From a virus (taxonomy: Duplodnaviria > Caudoviricetes), in IMG/VR virus record IMGVR_UViG_3300030606_000025, positions 1-38,377 of that record: 38,377 bases of DNA; one strand, 5' to 3'. Positions 34,522 through 38,377 of the stretch are shown here, in pieces. The stretch's first letter is position 1; each line of letters starts with the position of its first letter. The notes beneath the pieces are model-generated. The model ran no database searches and had not been told where the DNA came from. It saw only the letters and a list, made by a program, of their open reading frames with translations. Both the position numbers and the translations under genes were made by a program.

Positions 34522-36176
34522 ACCACGAACTCCAGCGCATAGCCAACATCCCACGCGAGGCCTGGAATCCTACTGAGTGGAACGCACTCGAGGCGCCACT
34601 GCGGCGCCCGGGATGCTCCGTAGATCTGTTCGAGATCCAGAAGCGCTCTCTTTTACAGATCGCGCGTTGCACCGGTGGTAACATCTATCTAGGAATAGGA
34701 CGTGGCAAATCGTACGTTGCGCTGCTGTCCGGCGCTGTGTTGCGCGCTAGCCGTGTGCTTGTGTTCACCGAAGGCTCTGCACGCGATGGCGCTCGAGCAC
34801 AGATGGACGAACAGCTCCGCTTCCTGTCGACGCAGTACTACTTGCAGCCGACGCGGGTGTGTAGCTACAGCGAATTGTCTATAAAGCGCTCTGCGTACAT
34901 GCTCGAGAATGAGTACCAGCAACATGCCGGGCGGATCGTGATCGCGTTCGACGAGTGCCACAACCTACGTGCTCTAGATAAGGGTGGACGCCCGAGCACT
35001 CGCACTAGCCGTGTGTACGAGTTCGCGCACAAGCACCCAGAAGTACCGATCATCATGCTCACAGGTACGCCGTTCGGCGAATACCTGGTAGACGCCGCGC
35101 ACTTGGCCGAGATAGCTACCCGCGAGTGGTCGCCACTACCGCACGAAGGAACGCAGGTGTACACGTCGCTCAAGAACATATTCGCGGGCACACCTATGAC
35201 TGGGGACTGGAATCCTGTTGCCTCTATCGTGACTGGGTGCCTCGACATAGAAACACGCAAACAGCGTGTTGCTGGCTGGTTCGTGGACAAGCTCAGTGAT
35301 TGCGCCGGTACCATTACGGATTTCTCCGAGTTCAGTGACGTGCCTTTGATCATACATCGCATCTATGATGTTAACGTACCCGACATAGTGCGTACCGCTA
35401 AGCGTCGTTTCGATACCGGCGAGCTAGTGCCAACGCAGGAGCCACAATTATCCGCGTCGAGTTTGTCGGTGGCCAAGCGTAGATGCGAGAGCGGTTTCTA
35501 CTATGAGTGGATCTGGCCAGATGCGCCTGATCTCGAGTGGTTATTTGCGCGGCGTGGGTGGGCACGCCAAGTAACTCGTGAATTGCAGGACAATCGCGCG
35601 CCGGGATATGACAGCGAGTTATTGATCGCACACAGTGTCAGGCACGCGATGGAATCGCGCAAACCTCGTACTGCGCTCGAGCGTGCATGGTGTGACTGGA
35701 CACAGCACCTTCATAAGCCATGCCCCGATGTTGCCCCCGTGTGGATTTCCGACTACTTGATCGAGCACGCTGTAGCGCTGGCGCGCGAGCATAACGCGAT
35801 CATCTGGTATGAGGACCGCGCTATTGCTTTTGCTCTTGCACAGCGGATGGAAACGGTGTTTAGTGGTCAGAGCTTTAGTAAAAACTTTGCACGCCCGATC
35901 GCTTTGTCAAGGCCGAGTCACGGTACAGGTTTGAACCTACAAGCATGGTCAAATGCTGTGTACCTGCAATTTCCGGGCAGGCCTGTAGCCTGGCAACAAT
36001 CACTTGGTCGCAATCATCGTACAGGGCAAACACAGCCCGTTACAGCGTGGGTATATACTCACGCAGAAATGCACGAAAAAGCTTTTGATCGCGCTATCGA
36101 GCGCGCTACGAATCTGGAATTGCAATCCAGGGAACCACAACGTCTTTTGCAAGGACTAAGGAACACGCAAGCATGA
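34518..36176 (+). CDS. Superfamily 2 helicase (SNF2-like)
   Basis: GIGRGKS, DECH, LTGTP, GTGLNLQ and [11 protein letters not shown] motifs. Confidence 0.9.
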   Translation: MNHELQRIANIPREAWNPTEWNALEAPLRRPGCSVDLFEIQKRSLLQIARCTGGNIYLGIGRGKSYVALLSGAVLRASRVLVFTEGSARDGARAQMDEQLRFLSTQYYLQPTRVCSYSELSIKRSAYMLENEYQQHAGRIVIAFDECHNLRALDKGGRPSTRTSRVYEFAHKHPEVPIIMLTGTPFGEYLVDAAHLAEIATREWSPLPHEGTQVYTSLKNIFAGTPMTGDWNPVASIVTGCLDIETRKQRVAGWFVDKLSDCAGTITDFSEFSDVPLIIHRIYDVNVPDIVRTAKRRFDTGELVPTQEPQLSASSLSVAKRRCESGFYYEWIWPDAPDLEWLFARRGWARQVTRELQDNRAPGYDSELLIAHSVRHAMESRKPRTALERAWCDWTQHLHKPCPDVAPVWISDYLIEHAVALAREHNAIIWYEDRAIAFALAQRMETVFSGQSFSKNFARPIALSRPSHGTGLNLQAWSNAVYLQFPGRPVAWQQSLGRNHRTGQTQPVTAWVYTHAEMHEKAFDRAIERATNLELQSREPQRLLQGLRNTQA

Positions 36177-37249
36177 GCAACTTTCAGCCACGTGATTTTC
36201 ACCAGGGCCAGCCGCAGTACCAGGGCCAGCCGCAGGGCTTCCAGCAGGGCCAGCCGCAGTACCAGGGCCAGCCGCAGGGCTTCCAGCAGGGCCAGCCGCA
36301 GGGCTTCCAGCAGGGCCAGCCGCAGGGCCAGGGCCAGCCGCAGGGCTGGGGCCAGCCGCAGTACCAGGGCCAGCCGCAGGGCCAGCCGCACGTGGATATG
36401 CGTGCTCTTGTCCAAGAGGCTTTTGCGGAGCCTGACAACAACCGCAACCCAAAACTCAGCAAGTTCTACGGTGTCGTGTACCGGCTGCGAGCCACTGATC
36501 TTAACTCGTTCAGGGCCGAGAACAAAGAAGAGGGTACGGTCAGAACTGCAGTGTATTTCGAGTTTCAAGTCCAGGCTGCGAAGAAACTCGCGCCACGTGG
36601 CATGGGCTACGCGGCAGGAGCGTTTGTGCAAGATACGTACTGGCTGCAAGGTGGCCAATACCCGGCGACGCAGAAGGCACGGTTAGGCGCCGCGTTGCGC
36701 GGCTATGGCTTCACTGGCTCTGACGATCCACGGGTGATCGAGATGCTCAACAACCCAGCCGCTTGGATCGCCACAGATCCGATCGTTTACTGTGAAGTAC
36801 ACGAAGAAGTGAGCAAAAAGAATAACGTCTACGGCCGGTGTACATGGCGCCTGGAATACCCCGGTTTCGATAGGTTACCTGATGCGACACCACTCGACCC
36901 AGGCTTCCAGCAGGGCCAGCCGCAGGGCCAGCAGGGCCAGCCGCAGTACCAGGGCCAGCCGCAGTACCAGGGCCAGCCGCAGTACCAGGGCCAGCCGCAG
37001 TACCAGGGCCAGCCGCAGTACCAGGGCCAGCCGCAGTACCAGGGCCAGCCGCAGTACCAGGGCCAGCCGCAGGGCCAGCCGCAGGGCCAGCCGCAGGGCC
37101 AGCCGCAGGGCCAGCAGGGCCAGCAGGGCCAGCCGCAGTACCAGGGCCAGCCGCAGTACCAGGGCCAGGGCCAGCAGGGCCAGCAGGGCCAGCAGGGCCA
37201 GCAGGGCCAGCAGGGCCAGCCGCAGTACCAGGACGATTTGCCTTTCTAG
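36173..37249 (+). CDS. Putative single-stranded DNA-binding protein with Q/G/P/Y low-complexity arms
   Basis: Follows Pol and helicase; central ~165-aa beta-rich domain; acidic DDLPF tail. Confidence 0.7.
   Translation: MSNFQPRDFHQGQPQYQGQPQGFQQGQPQYQGQPQGFQQGQPQGFQQGQPQGQGQPQGWGQPQYQGQPQGQPHVDMRALVQEAFAEPDNNRNPKLSKFYGVVYRLRATDLNSFRAENKEEGTVRTAVYFEFQVQAAKKLAPRGMGYAAGAFVQDTYWLQGGQYPATQKARLGAALRGYGFTGSDDPRVIEMLNNPAAWIATDPIVYCEVHEEVSKKNNVYGRCTWRLEYPGFDRLPDATPLDPGFQQGQPQGQQGQPQYQGQPQYQGQPQYQGQPQYQGQPQYQGQPQYQGQPQYQGQPQGQPQGQPQGQPQGQQGQQGQPQYQGQPQYQGQGQQGQQGQQGQQGQQGQPQYQDDLPF
36202..36389 (+). repeat. Coding tandem repeats ([14 protein letters not shown] variants)
   Basis: Built from CAGGGCCAGCCG units; read directly. 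Confidence 0.95.
36902..37231 (+). repeat. Coding tandem repeats: seven perfect 18-mers CAGCCGCAGTACCAGGGC (36938-37063) plus 12-mer and 9-mer derivatives
   Basis: Read directly; no synonymous variation seen between units. Confidence 0.95.
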
Positions 37250-37318
37250 CCGGAGACCAACGCCATGGCAATTTGTTCTTCGATTGTCATCGGTTATCCT
37301 TCTGGCCGTTAACGACAG

Positions 37319-37507
37319 CTATGGCCGACGCACGATACGGTGAAACGCGTCATATCGCTTCAGTGCCCCATCACGCTCGTTTTGCGTCAACGCTCTCCAC
37401 TGACTGCGAGTATATGTTTCGCTCCTTGAGCACTCCATTAGCGACGTGCTTACACCACCCAAAAGAATAATAACGGTTTGTCGAAATGTAATGTCGATGT
37501 GATCCAT
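37319..37507 (-). CDS. 62-aa hypothetical protein (leaderless cassette 6)
   Basis: ATG (MDHIDITF...) is 6 nt after the -10 of promoter 37514-37542. Confidence 0.55.
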   Translation of the reverse strand: MDHIDITFRQTVIILLGGVSTSLMECSRSETYTRSQWRALTQNERDGALKRYDAFHRIVRRP

Positions 37508-37513
37508 GCGGCG

Positions 37514-37542
37514 ACCTTGCCCGTTATTAGCGGGCTTGTCAA
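37514..37542 (-). promoter_or_regulatory. Promoter/operator copy (operator 37519-37535)
   Basis: Minus strand TTGACA-AGCCCGCTAATAACGGG-CAAGGT. Confidence 0.75.
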
Positions 37543-37556
37543 GACTGCCCGTGTGT

Positions 37557-37904
37557 TCAGGTTCGCTTGCGGTGTTTAGCCGGCAACACTCCGCGAATCG
37601 TCGTATAGCCGACACCCAGTTCAACCGCGATCGACTGCTTACTCTTTCCAGCGTTGAATAGCTCGTGTGCCCGTACTACTTGCTCGGGCGTGAGCTTGCG
37701 CCGGCCGTCGCGCTCAGGTGCATCCCTGGTATCGACTGGCGGTTCTTGAACGTGCCCCCAGGTTTCTCCCGTGGCCGCTTGCCGGGCCGTGGTGTAGCCC
37801 ACTCCGTGAAAGCGCGCCTCACTCTTGATCACGTCCATGATCGAGCGGCCTGCGGCTACCTCGCGCCGCAAAAAGGCCACATTCTCGTTCGTTAACCGCG
37901 CCAT
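37557..37904 (-). CDS. Tandem helix-turn-helix protein, candidate repressor
   Basis: Two units, RLTNENV..GRS..GVGYTTAR and KLTPEQV..GKS..GVGYTTIR; start reassigned to MARLT at 37904. Confidence 0.75.
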   Translation of the reverse strand: MARLTNENVAFLRREVAAGRSIMDVIKSEARFHGVGYTTARQAATGETWGHVQEPPVDTRDAPERDGRRKLTPEQVVRAHELFNAGKSKQSIAVELGVGYTTIRGVLPAKHRKRT

Positions 37905-37906
37905 TT

Positions 37907-37940
37907 GTCCGTTATACGCGGTCATATGCCCGCGCGTCAA
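37907..37940 (-). promoter_or_regulatory. Leaderless promoter of the HTH gene with an operator over the -10
   Basis: Minus strand TTGACG-18-TATAAC-6-ATG; operator GTCCG-TTATACG-CGGTC at 37907-37923. Confidence 0.7.
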
Positions 37941-37952
37941 GCGCATGCACAA

Positions 37953-38237
37953 AGTGTAGTGTCGGGAAATGTAGGACAACGATCGAGTGTACGAAGTGTA
38001 GGGTAGGATAGTGTAGTATGTATAAAGTGTATGATCGATTTTAGAGCTGGCGCTGTACCGAGTGTATGATTGGTGTAGGATAAAAAGGCCGATCCTACAC
38101 TAAAAAGCGTAGTGATTTTATGTAGTTATGTAGTTAGTGTATAAAGTGTATAATTTATAAGAGGCAGTTCTCTAAAAAATTCATTCTCTGGATCATAGCC
38201 TCTAGGAATAGCTCTACATTTATACACTTCCTACACT
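37953..38237. repeat. AGTGTA/TACACT iteron cluster, candidate replication origin
   Basis: 11 exact hexamers (8 direct, 3 inverted), several in pairs 9 bp apart, around an AT-rich stretch. Confidence 0.65.
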
Positions 38238-38252
38238 CTCCGGTTTTTTGCA

Positions 38253-38281
38253 TTGCGCCCGTTATTAGCGGCTGTTATTAT
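38253..38281 (+). promoter_or_regulatory. Rightward promoter with operator (38257-38273)
   Basis: TTGCGC-17-TATTAT-7-ATG(38289); operator GCCCG-TTATTAG-CGGCT. Confidence 0.55.
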
Positions 38282-38331
38282 CACGGATATGGCTGTCCCA
38301 TCACGCTGGCTCGGAACTAGCCCGTTAACGC

Positions 38332-38377
38332 TTACGGGTCCTGTCCATGGGTGCAAACGTCGCCGGTGGCAGCGCGC
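38332..38377 (+). other. Lambda-like cosQ and candidate cohesive end
   Basis: TTACGGGTCCTGTCC versus lambda TTACGGGTCCTTTCC (recalled); the window ends 42 nt after the start of GGGTCCT. Confidence 0.55.

Noticed and set aside
36059-37343. Alternative-frame ORFs (RASR, LALRL, GPAAG repeats)
   Set aside because: By-products of stop-free tandem repeats; only the 36173-37249 frame has a folded core and DDLPF tail.
38320-38340. GCCCG-TTAACGCTTA-CGGGT as a further operator
   Set aside because: The spacer is 10 nt rather than 7, and the right arm is the cosQ-like sequence.
38289-38377. Partial ORF MAVPSRW... as the terminase small subunit
   Set aside because: Only 29 codons, no motif, and it runs across the candidate cos site.
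1-38377. Host assignment from frequent GATC/CGATCG words and leaderless genes
   Set aside because: Visual impression only; needs k-mer statistics and spacer or attB matches.

Overview
Most of a temperate tailed-phage genome, apparently in its excised/virion form. It starts inside a lambda-family portal gene (terminase genes lie outside the window) and seems to end at a lambda-type cos end. Order: portal, protease-capsid fusion, decoration and head-tail genes (1-4012); a mostly leftward accessory block with small ORFs, a displaced Mu-type tail fibre gene, a lipoprotein, and a large serine integrase with an adjacent 48-bp attP-like site (3981-11055); a Mu-like contractile tail operon (11116-22425); a replication/nucleotide-metabolism operon with Cas4-like nuclease, DEDDh exonuclease, VRR-NUC, Dam-type MTase, primase-SF3 helicase, NDT, MazG, PolA, SF2 helicase and an SSB with Q/G/P/Y repeats (22547-37249); then a tandem-HTH gene, an iteron cluster and cos. 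The main unexplained structure is a genome-wide regulatory code. A 17-bp pseudo-palindrome (GCCCG-TTAnTAA-CGGGC consensus, 12 copies) often fills the spacer of sigma70-type promoters whose ATG lies only 6-8 nt after the -10 (leaderless cassettes). A second motif (AGAAAAATC-ACTG-N10-CAGT) precedes two structural genes, and the single-chain double-HTH protein is the candidate repressor. All protein calls are by-eye motif recognition with no database searches. The host cannot be determined, and no endolysin or classical CI was recognised.
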